Below are positions 30,852-39,728 of a DNA stretch of 64,000 nucleotides, piece by piece; positions within the stretch are counted from its first letter, which is position 1; each line of letters begins with the position of its first letter. The DNA lies in assembly GCA_963667015.2 (NCBI GenBank), contig CAXXJJ010000004.1:2880001-2944000 (forward strand), in the 5' to 3' direction. The DNA comes from Desulfatiglandales bacterium (GTDB taxonomy: Bacteria > Desulfobacterota > DSM-4660 > Desulfatiglandales > HGW-15). Under the pieces are notes generated by a model. The model worked only from the letters and a program-made list of their open reading frames with translations. It did not search any database and was not told the DNA's origin. Position numbers and translations under genes: made by a program.

Positions 30852-31092
30852 GCTGAAAGGCTATAATGAAGAAAGCATCATTTACGGTATTTGGGGAAGT
30901 AGGAAATATTTCCCAAATCCCCAAATAGCAGGTATAAAAATAATATTCCGGGCTGAATTGATGTCTATTTACAAAAATTGGCAAGATTGCCAAAAGTTGT
31001 AAATAGAAAATAAGAATCAAAATATTGTTGTAATAATAACTGGTTATCAAAAACACAAGGTCGGTAAATAGCGGGCAAAATCGGCTTTTAAC
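30846..31092 (+). repeat. Gene-less family A cassette body, copy 1
   Basis: Two 40-bp palindromes at 30888-30927 and 30966-31005. Confidence 0.85.
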
Positions 31093-31173
31093 CTGTCGCT
31101 TCACAAGACCACGAGGGGCTTCTTTCAATTTTTGCTGAGCATCTCGGCGTGGCTTGTGAGCTGGCCGTTAAAA
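31086..31173 (+). repeat. attC
   Basis: TTTTAAC...GTTAAAA with paired arms. Confidence 0.9.
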
Positions 31174-31415
31174 GCTGAAATGGGGGTAATAAAAAAGCCA
31201 TCATTAATGGTATTTGGGGAAATAGGAAATATTTCTCAAATCCCCAAATAGCAGTATCAAAAATAAAATTCCGGGCTGAATTGATGTCTATTTACAAAAA
31301 TTGGCAATCTTGCCAAAAGTTGTAAATAGAAAATAAGAATCAAAATATTGTTGTAATAATAACTGGTTATCAAAAATACAAAGTCGGTAAATAGCGGGCA
31401 AAATCGGCTTTTAAC
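31168..31415 (+). repeat. Gene-less family A cassette body, copy 2
   Basis: Close tandem homolog of copy 1. Confidence 0.85.
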
Positions 31416-31496
31416 CTGTCGCTTCACAAGACCACGAGGGGCTTCTTTCAATTTTTGCTGAGCATCTCGGCGTGGCTTGTGAGCTGGCCGTTATGT
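31409..31496 (+). repeat. attC
   Basis: TTTTAAC...GTTATGT. Confidence 0.9.
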
Positions 31497-31558
31497 GTGT
31501 TGAATCAAATATAGAAACAACTGAATCAATTATTAAAACTTAAAAGGTATAAAATAAA

Positions 31559-31765
31559 ATGCCTCAATACTCTGGCGGTCCATACAGAAAACGAACATGG
31601 TTAAGGTCATTCTTACCTTGGTTCTTAATAAATATGGGAATAGCGGGAAAAGGAAAAGATTGTGAACAGCGTGGTGGTCAACATGAATGGTACAATTCAG
31701 ACAATGAATATTCCGAATGTTATCACTGTGCAGTTCGAAGAAAAGGTCAACTTTGGGAGAAATAA
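31559..31765 (+). CDS. Cassette: small Cys/His hypothetical protein
   Basis: Only plus-strand ORF in the cassette; C..H..CYHC. Confidence 0.55.
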   Translation: MPQYSGGPYRKRTWLRSFLPWFLINMGIAGKGKDCEQRGGQHEWYNSDNEYSECYHCAVRRKGQLWEK

Positions 31766-31769
31766 AATC

Positions 31770-31899
31770 ACATAACAATAAAATAAACTCAGACCATGCT
31801 ACTCTCTTGCCAGATCGAGTTTAGTGCAACATGGGAACCTTGATGTTGGCATATATTTAAAATTTTAAACCGCATGGCTGGTTATTTTCAGCGTTAGCA
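31770..31899 (+). repeat. attC
   Basis: ACATAAC...GTTAGCA. Confidence 0.85.
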
Positions 31900-31910
31900 A
31901 GAGGAATATT

Positions 31911-32552
31911 ATGAAATTAAAGTGGAGCAGTCAGAGAGCAATGGCAAACAGCAGAATCGTTAAATCATCTGCAATATGGCTTGTTATTGTTCCATTTGCA
32001 GCAAAAGGGCTAACTTCTTTAGAAGACGTTATAGAGTTAACAATATTTAGTGGTAAATTTAATATTTCCACAGTGCTACCATTCACATGGCAACTATTAT
32101 TTTTTTCAGCCTGTTTCTTTACTTTAGCCGGCATTATATATTCAGTGTATTGTCCAAACATAGTAAAACTATATGAAAACTTTTCTCAATTTGAGGCAGA
32201 TGGGAAGTCTAGATTACAAATAAACACTGCACTCAGAGAAATAGTTTGGGATACATCAAACGGAGTAATATTTTCTGCTTATGCACCTGTTGCAATGAAA
32301 TATTTAAGGCAATATACATCATTTACAGAAGAAGAAATTGAAAGCATAAAAAACAATGGGTATACCATGTTAGAGGATCTTACAGAAAATAAGGGTAAAA
32401 ACAGTAATGCATTTTATTTTGTTTATCTAATTGCTGATATATACACCCGCAAACTTATTTGTACTTCCTTATGCCTATATATCGCCGGCTTTGCATTCAT
32501 TGGCATCATTGCAATACAAAATATAATGTATGTTGTTAAATCATTTTGCTAA
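31911..32552 (+). CDS. Cassette: membrane protein
   Basis: GAGGA RBS, about 3 TM segments, stop in R''. Confidence 0.75.
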   Translation: MKLKWSSQRAMANSRIVKSSAIWLVIVPFAAKGLTSLEDVIELTIFSGKFNISTVLPFTWQLLFFSACFFTLAGIIYSVYCPNIVKLYENFSQFEADGKSRLQINTALREIVWDTSNGVIFSAYAPVAMKYLRQYTSFTEEEIESIKNNGYTMLEDLTENKGKNSNAFYFVYLIADIYTRKLICTSLCLYIAGFAFIGIIAIQNIMYVVKSFC

Positions 32553-32614
32553 CAAAATGCTCTACCCGACTGGGCGATAAAACGCCGCCCAGCCGGTAAG
32601 CATCACCGTTAGTG
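32547..32614 (+). repeat. attC (short type)
   Basis: TGCTAAC...GTTAGTG. Confidence 0.9.
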
Positions 32615-32621
32615 TTCAAAA

Positions 32622-33149
32622 ATGAATAAATTAAAATTAACATTAATTATTACAATTATATTTTTGCCGTTGTTTTTATTTAGCATGGAAGCAAAAGATA
32701 CTCCGGTGAATCATGATATCGTGAATACATGGAAATCATTTTTAGGAATAATAGTTTCTAATGATATAGATAGTTTTAAAAAAATATCTGCTGAAAAAAT
32801 AAGGTGTTTTGATTGCGTTTATAATACGCAAAAAGAAAAAGAAGAAATGGAAGAAAGAGAAAAGAATGAATCAAATTGGTATGAAAAACTTTATAGAGAA
32901 TGGATATATATACCTATTAACCGATTTTGTAAGGAAGACTATCCAATAATATTCACACAATACCTAATTACAAGATTAAAAACCGGTGAAACACAATTTC
33001 TAATAAATAAAGCAGATTCTTTTTCCGTCTTAGTTACTACGACAAAACCGTGTGAAGTTAGTCCAAATCATGAAGGCCAACAGCATATGGTTATATTTAT
33101 AAAAGAAAAAAATGAATATAAGTTCTATGAAATATTTACTATTCCATAG
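32622..33149 (+). CDS. Cassette: secreted hypothetical protein
   Basis: Signal-peptide-like N-terminus; fills the cassette. Confidence 0.7.
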   Translation: MNKLKLTLIITIIFLPLFLFSMEAKDTPVNHDIVNTWKSFLGIIVSNDIDSFKKISAEKIRCFDCVYNTQKEKEEMEEREKNESNWYEKLYREWIYIPINRFCKEDYPIIFTQYLITRLKTGETQFLINKADSFSVLVTTTKPCEVSPNHEGQQHMVIFIKEKNEYKFYEIFTIP

Positions 33150-33156
33150 GAAAACA

Positions 33157-33222
33157 CACTAACCCACTAATCAACCGGATTTGGCGAAAAGCTTGCCAAA
33201 CCGGTTATCAGAATCGTTATGA
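33157..33222 (+). repeat. attC
   Basis: CACTAAC...GTTATGA. Confidence 0.88.
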
Positions 33223-33238
33223 AAAAGGAGAAATTAAA

Positions 33239-33538
33239 ATGGCTAGCTGTACAAATTGTGGAACTGAATTCTCTTTTATGGCCGCATTAAAAAGTTTTAC
33301 TCCATGGTCAATAAAGTGTTCTGGATGTAATGAAAGAATAAGATCTAGCATATTAACATTCTTTATCGCTTTTATACTGTTTATTGCCTTTATTTTCCTG
33401 TTTGTATATCTAACAAATTCTGAGTTAAGCAGGAATCAAACATATCTTTCAATATTAGTTATTGGTTTTTTAATGGAAATTTTATGGTTTTTATTGTTGA
33501 AAACCGGAGTGATAAAAAGCAACCTAGTCAGGAAATAA
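33239..33538 (+). CDS. Cassette: CxxC-CxxC zinc ribbon + 2 TM protein
   Basis: CTNC...CSGC then two hydrophobic helices; AAGGAG RBS. Confidence 0.75.
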   Translation: MASCTNCGTEFSFMAALKSFTPWSIKCSGCNERIRSSILTFFIAFILFIAFIFLFVYLTNSELSRNQTYLSILVIGFLMEILWFLLLKTGVIKSNLVRK

Positions 33539-33542
33539 TTTT

Positions 33543-33675
33543 TCATAACAATGGTATCTACTAAGACCGGGCTGTTTTCTTTGCTTTTTATGTATCATCT
33601 TACAAGCATCATTTTCTTAGGTTTTAAATAATATGTAGGTTTGCACCGCCCGGCTTGTAATACCTAGCGTTATGA
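33543..33675 (+). repeat. attC
   Basis: TCATAAC...GTTATGA. Confidence 0.85.
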
Positions 33676-34109
33676 GTAAGGAAATAATGAAATTTAATTT
33701 GAAAAATGAATTACTTAAATTCTACTGTTTCTCTTTTCTTTTTATGGTTGCGTTGTCAACTTTGGGATGGGGAATTTCAAATTATTTAACACATAGGGCC
33801 AGCATCTGGTGGTGGAATTATGGTAATCCTTATTTATCACAAGAATTTTTTATAATTATTTTACTTATATCATTTTCAGCTCTTTCAATATTTAATCTCC
33901 AATTTCTTATTCGGAAAAGGACGGTATCAAAAAAATATTTAACTGTATTATTTCTTTGGGGAGTGTTTTGTATCATATTCTGGTCCAAGGTATACTGGAA
34001 GCCTGCGCAAATACCAACTACAGAATTAATTTTTAATCTTGTTGTAAAATTGTTTTTCTGGATAGCAGTAACAATACCGGTATTTTTAATAAAATCTCAT
34101 AACCCTTAA
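33672..34109 (+). CDS. Cassette: 4-TM membrane protein
   Basis: Hydrophobic ORF filling the cassette. Confidence 0.7.
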   Translation: MSKEIMKFNLKNELLKFYCFSFLFMVALSTLGWGISNYLTHRASIWWWNYGNPYLSQEFFIIILLISFSALSIFNLQFLIRKRTVSKKYLTVLFLWGVFCIIFWSKVYWKPAQIPTTELIFNLVVKLFFWIAVTIPVFLIKSHNP

Positions 34110-34185
34110 ATCAACGTGACCGCGGTGGGCCTCTTTCAATTTATCCGGAACACCTTGGCGCGGCACGTTATTTAGTCCGTTATAA
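34097..34185 (+). repeat. attC
   Basis: TCATAAC...GTTATAA. Confidence 0.88.
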
Positions 34186-34196
34186 GCAAAGGATCT

Positions 34197-34466
34197 ATGG
34201 AAGAACTTTATAAAAATTATCTTGTAGCGCTTGGAAAAGTAGAAGCCCAAATTAATGATCTAGGCTATGTGCAAATTCGAGGTGAAGGGAAAGCGGCTTT
34301 TATTTATGCTTCAACTGATACAAGAGCAATAGAACTTTCAAAAACAGATAAGGGAATTTGGGTAGAGTTTTGGGACGGGAGTAACGAACCACCCGAATTT
34401 GATAAAACATTTACCAGTTACGAAACTGCAGTAAAAGCAATTCGTGATTGGCTCATTGTAGATTAA
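34197..34466 (+). CDS. Cassette: hypothetical protein
   Basis: AAGGA RBS; fills the cassette. Confidence 0.7.
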   Translation: MEELYKNYLVALGKVEAQINDLGYVQIRGEGKAAFIYASTDTRAIELSKTDKGIWVEFWDGSNEPPEFDKTFTSYETAVKAIRDWLIVD

Positions 34467-34489
34467 TTATAAATAGTACAATAAAAGGC

Positions 34490-34619
34490 TTATAACAAAG
34501 CAATCAAGGTGATTTGCTGGCTTTTCTTGCCGATTGGAATTCAACAGTTTCAATGACCTTCGTACTTAATCGATCATCGGCACCATTAACCCGCAAACGC
34601 CTTATCGCAAGCGTTATGG
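34490..34619 (+). repeat. attC
   Basis: TTATAAC...GTTATGG. Confidence 0.85.
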
Positions 34620-34635
34620 CCTTTGAGGGAAATAT

Positions 34636-35349
34636 ATGCCCGTAAAAAAGTGGATACATATAAATGACTCTGTTGGCGATCCTTGGATTTTGCCAATATG
34701 GAGCGTTGTAAATGATGCCGAGAGTAAAGGCAAATCAAAGACTATTTCAAAAGAAATAAAATCACGGTTAGGGATATCGATTTCAACCAGACTAGATATG
34801 TTACCTCGTATATTGAACCGAATAAATAAAGAGGTTTACGATGTATATAAAGCTGTAGAAATTCATAATAGCGATCATATATTCACACTTAAAAAAGAAG
34901 GGTACGCATTCGATATTGATGAAAATCTAAAGTTCAATTTATTAATAGATCTTGATTCATTATTATTTGAGCTAAACTCGGTATGTGAGTTGATGACTAA
35001 TCTTATCTTTGAGCTTTATACCCACGCAGGTAAGAACATAGATAAAAAAAAGGTTGGTTTTATCATAAAAAAGGTAATTGAAGAATCTGGTGAATCATCA
35101 GATTGGTTTATTAATTTAGACACACACAGAAACTTCTTTATGCACGAGGGAGCACCCTATATAGCTGCCGATGTTACAAATGGTCCGGACAATTATGATC
35201 TGTTAATTATTAAAGAGAATATAATGAATTTTGATGACCTATCTAAATTCATAAAATTGTCAGAAATAAATTCAATTATACAAGGGTTTTTGTACTCAAA
35301 ACAATTGATTCAGATGCATCTTATTAACTTATATCGAGAACTGCCATAA
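34636..35349 (+). CDS. Cassette: possible HEPN-domain protein
   Basis: Helical-looking sequence with RNFFMH (Rx4H). Confidence 0.5.
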   Translation: MPVKKWIHINDSVGDPWILPIWSVVNDAESKGKSKTISKEIKSRLGISISTRLDMLPRILNRINKEVYDVYKAVEIHNSDHIFTLKKEGYAFDIDENLKFNLLIDLDSLLFELNSVCELMTNLIFELYTHAGKNIDKKKVGFIIKKVIEESGESSDWFINLDTHRNFFMHEGAPYIAADVTNGPDNYDLLIIKENIMNFDDLSKFIKLSEINSIIQGFLYSKQLIQMHLINLYRELP

Positions 35350-35406
35350 CAAAGGTTTCAACGCTGACAAGGCGTTCCGCCTTGCCGGTTAAACCTGGCG
35401 TTATAA
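35344..35406 (+). repeat. attC (short type)
   Basis: CCATAAC...GTTATAA. Confidence 0.88.
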
Positions 35407-35422
35407 CTCTAAAGAATTAATC

Positions 35423-35722
35423 ATGGATTACAAAAAATATTTTAAAGATCTCATAGCTGGCTTTCTGAGTGGAAAATATACACGCTCTGAAATAGCCGAT
35501 ATTATGGCATCTGAAATAGGCATCGATGATATCGACAATAGTGCAGATGAACAACAAAATTTACTTACAAATTGCGAATGGGCATTACGACACATTGATG
35601 AAGATGGTTATTATACAACTGAAAGAGAATTAAAATATTATTTAACTTGTCTAAATAATGAAAGAACATTTCGTGAAGAAGATAGAGATGATGCCATTAG
35701 AAATGAAGTTATAACATCATAA
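35423..35722 (+). CDS. Cassette: small acidic hypothetical protein
   Basis: Fills the cassette. Confidence 0.65.
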   Translation: MDYKKYFKDLIAGFLSGKYTRSEIADIMASEIGIDDIDNSADEQQNLLTNCEWALRHIDEDGYYTTERELKYYLTCLNNERTFREEDRDDAIRNEVITS

Positions 35723-35775
35723 TAAACCCGACTGGGCGATAAAACGCCGCCCAGCCGGTTATCATGGCGTTAAAA
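35709..35775 (+). repeat. attC (short type)
   Basis: TTATAAC...GTTAAAA. Confidence 0.88.
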
Positions 35776-36013
35776 GCTTAAAGGACATAATAAAGAAGGT
35801 AATTTAAGGTATTTGGGGAAATAGGAAATATTTCCTGAATCCCCAAATGGCAGTATCAAAAATAAAATTCCGGGCTGAATTAATTCCTATTCAGGAAAAA
35901 AGGCAAATTGCCATAATTCCTAAATAGAAAACAAAAATGAAAATTAAGTCGTAATAATAACTGGTTATCAAAATTTAATAGTCGGTAAATAGCAGGCAAA
36001 ATCGGCTTTTAAC
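35770..36013 (+). repeat. Gene-less family A cassette body, copy 3 (different attC type)
   Basis: Diverged homolog; second palindrome TATTCAGGAA...TTCCTAAATA. Confidence 0.85.
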
Positions 36014-36135
36014 CATGCAGTCAAGGTGACTGGCTGGTTTTTCTTGCCGATTGAAACTCTTTAATATCAATAATCTTTATAGGTTCATGATCATTGATAC
36101 CATTAACCCGCCAGCTCCTTACCGCAACGTTCTGT
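36007..36135 (+). repeat. attC
   Basis: TTTTAAC...GTTCTGT. Confidence 0.85.
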
Positions 36136-36142
36136 AATAATA

Positions 36143-36619
36143 ATGAATATGGAAATCACATTTAAAACTGCAACCATTGATGACTGCGAAGCATTATGTA
36201 ATATTCATGTTTCTTCAATTCGGGAACTATGCAAAGAGCATCACCCAGATGGTGAAATTGAAGTATGGTCAAAAGGAAGAACACCTGAAAGATATAAAAA
36301 TCATATTCATAACCAATACGTTTTAATAGCTCAGCACAAAAATACCGCTGTCGGGTTTGGAACATTTAATAAAAAGACCGGAGAAATAATTCAGTTATAC
36401 GTTCATCCAGAGTATGCAGGTAAAGGCGTTGGTTCCCGGATATTAGAAAATATTTTAAATATAGCCGGAAAAGCTGATTTAAATGAAATTCACTGTAGCT
36501 CATCTTTAAATGCAGAGAAATTCTATCTTAAAGCTGGTTTTAAGGCCGGAGAGAAATGTATTAATTTTATAAACGGGGGAAAAGTTACGTGTATCCCTAT
36601 GAGGAAATCTATCAAATAA
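36143..36619 (+). CDS. Cassette: GNAT acetyltransferase
   Basis: LYVHPEYAGKGVG, SSLNAEKFYLKAGF. Confidence 0.9.
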   Translation: MNMEITFKTATIDDCEALCNIHVSSIRELCKEHHPDGEIEVWSKGRTPERYKNHIHNQYVLIAQHKNTAVGFGTFNKKTGEIIQLYVHPEYAGKGVGSRILENILNIAGKADLNEIHCSSSLNAEKFYLKAGFKAGEKCINFINGGKVTCIPMRKSIK

Positions 36620-36621
36620 TT

Positions 36622-36749
36622 ACAGAACAAGTCGCTAAACTAAGACTGGCTACTATCTTGCCGAATCGACCGTTTGTGGTTTGCAGAAGAATTTCTTTTA
36701 ATAATCTTTTAAGGTTGGCATCGCCAGCTTGTTAGCGTAACCGTTGGGC
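36622..36749 (+). repeat. attC
   Basis: ACAGAAC...GTTGGGC. Confidence 0.85.
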
Positions 36750-36767
36750 TATGGAAAGGAGGAAAAA

Positions 36768-37013
36768 ATGAATATCACAGCAGATGCAGAAACTCTGATG
36801 CGCCAAGCATCAACGACTGCCAGTATTTACCTTGAAGACGCAGTAAAATCTATTGATAAGCAGTTTGGGAAAAACTATTCAATGAGTCATCCTGAATTGG
36901 TAGCGGCATTCATAAATGCTTGTGCCAAAGATTTCCATACTGCAATTCTTGCGAAGTCTATTAATGAGGCAGCGGATAAATTGGCGGGGATACTATCAAG
37001 TTCAGACTTATAA
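36768..37013 (+). CDS. Cassette: small helical hypothetical protein
   Basis: ATG after AGGAGG. Confidence 0.7.
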   Translation: MNITADAETLMRQASTTASIYLEDAVKSIDKQFGKNYSMSHPELVAAFINACAKDFHTAILAKSINEAADKLAGILSSSDL

Positions 37014-37075
37014 ATATTCTACCTATTTGCTTAAGTTTTCAAAATTGAGTCATCAGAGGTAATACAACAAGTTAA

Positions 37076-37204
37076 GCCCAACCTGTCATTTAACGTGACA
37101 GGCTACTATCTTGCCAAAACAACCTTTAAAGGTTTGCGGCAATCAATATTTTTAACATGCTTATGGCGGCAGGCACCGCCTGCTCGTTAATTCGGTCGTT
37201 GGCG
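37076..37204 (+). repeat. attC
   Basis: GCCCAAC...GTTGGCG. Confidence 0.85.
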
Positions 37205-37474
37205 TGCTGGAAAGTGGAAAAGAAAATAATCACAGAGGAAGCGGAAATGAGGTTGCCAATAACATGTAACTCAAGGTCGCGAGAATTAATCTGGAAATAA
37301 TAAGGTAACAAAACAAAGGAAATCCATTCCCTGGAAATTCCTTTGAAAAATAATTCAGAACAATATAAAAAGAAGAATCAAAAATCATAGTATTCAAAAA
37401 GCATCAAATCTTTAAAAATCAGTAATTGAAAGTAAGAAGTCAAAATCAAATTAAACAGGTTGGCGGCAGCCAAC
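37199..37474 (+). repeat. Gene-less family B cassette body, copy 1
   Basis: A-rich, TTGGCGTGCTGG...CAGGTTGGCGGCAGCCAAC. Confidence 0.85.
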
Positions 37475-37601
37475 CATTGCATCTACTAGGACCGTGCTAT
37501 TTTTTTCGCCTTTTTTAAACTATCTGCCAACTCAGAATCCTCGTACCTTTAACATGGTAAGTTGGTTTGCACCGCCCGGCCTGTAATGCTTTTCGTTGGC
37601 G
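37468..37601 (+). repeat. attC
   Basis: AGCCAAC...GTTGGCG. Confidence 0.85.
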
Positions 37602-37868
37602 TGCTGGAAAGCATAAAGAAAATAATTACAGGGGAAGCGGAAATGAAGTTGCAAATAACAAGTAACTCAAGGGCGAGAGAATTGATCTGAAGATAAAAGG
37701 CATTAAAAAGTTTCAAAAGAATTTCAGGTTATTCCCATCCTCGGAATATCTTTGAAAATAAATTCAAAACAATATAAAAATATAGTATTCAAAAGCATCA
37801 AATCTTTAAAAATCAGTAATTATAAGTAAGCAGTCAAAAACAAATTTAACAGGTTGGCGGCAGCCAAC
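37596..37868 (+). repeat. Gene-less family B cassette body, copy 2 (different attC type)
   Basis: Tandem diverged homolog of copy 1. Confidence 0.85.
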
Positions 37869-37951
37869 CATCAAATTAACAAGACCGCGTGGGGTCTCTT
37901 TCATTTTTTCGCGGAACATCTCGGCGCGGCTTGTTATTTGTGTCGTTATAA
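37862..37951 (+). repeat. attC
   Basis: AGCCAAC...GTTATAA. Confidence 0.87.
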
Positions 37952-37956
37952 CTCAT

Positions 37957-38274
37957 ATGAAAATAGAAAATTTACAAGCTTTTTCCAAACTTCCAAGGCA
38001 CGACTTAACATTAAAAAATATTTCGTGGCCCAAGGATAATGAAAATAATTTAACCATCACCAATGAAACATATAATGGAGACCTGGTCGAATTCAAATTT
38101 GAATGGGTAATGAATTTAAATATCAATCTTAGCTTGGGAGACTACGCACAAGCAATGAGCTGGGATATTGAAGCAGATATAGATTCAAAGGGCATCTGGA
38201 AAATACAATGGATTTATCCCGGTATTGGTTTTATTTATTTAGAATGCAATGAAGTTGAATACAAAAAGTTATAA
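37957..38274 (+). CDS. Cassette: hypothetical protein, possibly immunity-like
   Basis: Fills the cassette, stop in R''. Confidence 0.65.
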   Translation: MKIENLQAFSKLPRHDLTLKNISWPKDNENNLTITNETYNGDLVEFKFEWVMNLNINLSLGDYAQAMSWDIEADIDSKGIWKIQWIYPGIGFIYLECNEVEYKKL

Positions 38275-38400
38275 CATCCAAATCAACTCAGACCGGGCTA
38301 CTCTCTTGCCAGATCGAAGTTGTGTGCATTATAGAAACAATTGATGTATGCAAGTATCAATAATCATAAACCGCCCGTCTGGTTATTTGGGGCGTTAAAA
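38269..38400 (+). repeat. attC
   Basis: TTATAAC...GTTAAAA. Confidence 0.85.
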
Positions 38401-38640
38401 GCTGAAAGGCTATAATGAAGAAAGCATCATTTACGGTATTTGGGGAAGTAGGAAATATTTCCCAAATCCCCAAATAGCAGTATAAAAATAAAATTCCGGG
38501 CTGAATTGATGTCTATTTACAAAAATTGGCAATCTTGCCAAAAGTTGTAAATAGAAAATAAGAATCAAAATATTGTTGTAATAATAACTGGTTATCAAAA
38601 ATACAAGGTCGGTAAATAGCGGGCAAAATCGGCTTTTAAC
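38395..38640 (+). repeat. Gene-less family A cassette body, copy 4
   Basis: Near-identical to copy 1. Confidence 0.85.
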
Positions 38641-38721
38641 CTGTCGCTTCACAAGACCACGAGGGGCTTCTTTCAATTTTTGCTGAGCATCTCGGCGTGG
38701 CTTGTGAGCTGGCCGTTATTT
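38634..38721 (+). repeat. attC
   Basis: TTTTAAC...GTTATTT. Confidence 0.9.
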
Positions 38722-38733
38722 GCTGGCACCAAT

Positions 38734-39093
38734 ATGAAAATTATATCTTTAATAATTTTATTTACTATCTTATCATCATGTGCAGGTCCATTGATGCTTC
38801 GTAAAACAAAATGGACAGTTCCTGAAGTCGAAGAGTGGTATTCAGAGCATATTGAAAATGAACGCTTTGCCTGGGATGGTTTATTGTATCAAGGTTCAGA
38901 CGAGCAATATCATCATTTTATAACTCGGGTTTTCGATGAATGGGTATTCATAGAAATTATGAAAAATGAATTAAACATAGATGATGAAAGACCATACTCA
39001 AATATATCAAGTAGCCCACTAGGCTATTATTTTGTAGATCCAAGTAACAATTTTATAAAAACAAGAGAATACAACAATACAAAACGCAGATAA
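38734..39093 (+). CDS. Cassette: lipoprotein
   Basis: MKIISLIILFTILSSC lipobox. Confidence 0.75.
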   Translation: MKIISLIILFTILSSCAGPLMLRKTKWTVPEVEEWYSEHIENERFAWDGLLYQGSDEQYHHFITRVFDEWVFIEIMKNELNIDDERPYSNISSSPLGYYFVDPSNNFIKTREYNNTKRR

Positions 39094-39217
39094 CAATGCA
39101 ATTAAGGGGATTGGCTGGTTTTTCTTGCCGGTTGAAGTCCAGCAATATCAATGGTCTTCATTCTTTATCGACCATCGGTACCATCAACCCGCCAACTCCT
39201 TATCGCAGGCGTTAACT
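39088..39217 (+). repeat. attC
   Basis: AGATAAC...GTTAACT. Confidence 0.85.
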
Positions 39218-39232
39218 TCAAAAGGTGAAATC

Positions 39233-39433
39233 ATGGAAATAAAAGATCGAATATATACAGTAATTTTTCCTATCGAAGACAAAATAAATAATAAAGATAC
39301 AACCACAATAGAAGTACTTGCACATAGTGAAGCCGATGCAATTAATAAAGCAAAAGAAAATTTATCTATTCATCAGGATGGCAAGAATTATCAAGTTGTT
39401 TCTGGTGCCTCTGCGAAATTAAAAGAAGATTAG
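39233..39433 (+). CDS. Cassette: small hypothetical protein
   Basis: ATG after AAGGTG. Confidence 0.6.
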   Translation: MEIKDRIYTVIFPIEDKINNKDTTTIEVLAHSEADAINKAKENLSIHQDGKNYQVVSGASAKLKED

Positions 39434-39482
39434 GCAAATCTTTTCCTAATTGCTCCGCGCATTGTTCTATTGTGGGAATAAA

Positions 39483-39537
39483 AGTTAACGAATAAGGATA
39501 GATTGTGCGGAGCCACAATCTTATCCAATGGTTGAAC
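39483..39537 (-). repeat. Reverse-oriented attC-like site of the IS91-like module
   Basis: Minus strand GTTCAAC CATTG GAT(A)AGATTGTG-GCTCCG-CACAATCTATC CTTATTC GTTAACT. Confidence 0.7.
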
Positions 39538-39728
39538 AAGCCCGTGTCTATATAAAGAAAATATATATATCCGAGAAGCTGACAGGTAATGGAACTTAAA
39601 GTATAGCGGAAAGCAAAAGGCAGACCGGTACGCTGACCTTAAAAAAGGCCTTTAAAGTGATTGTAATCTTCATAAACAAAGCTACCTCCGTGTTATAAAA
39701 GCAAGAGGGGCAATTTCCAGATTAAGGT

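Noticed and set aside
30866..30928. Short plus-strand peptide across the first family A palindrome (MKKASFTVFGEVGNISQIPK)
   Set aside because: Starts differ between copies and copy 3 has in-frame stops, so structure explains the conservation better. Not fully excluded without Ribo-seq.
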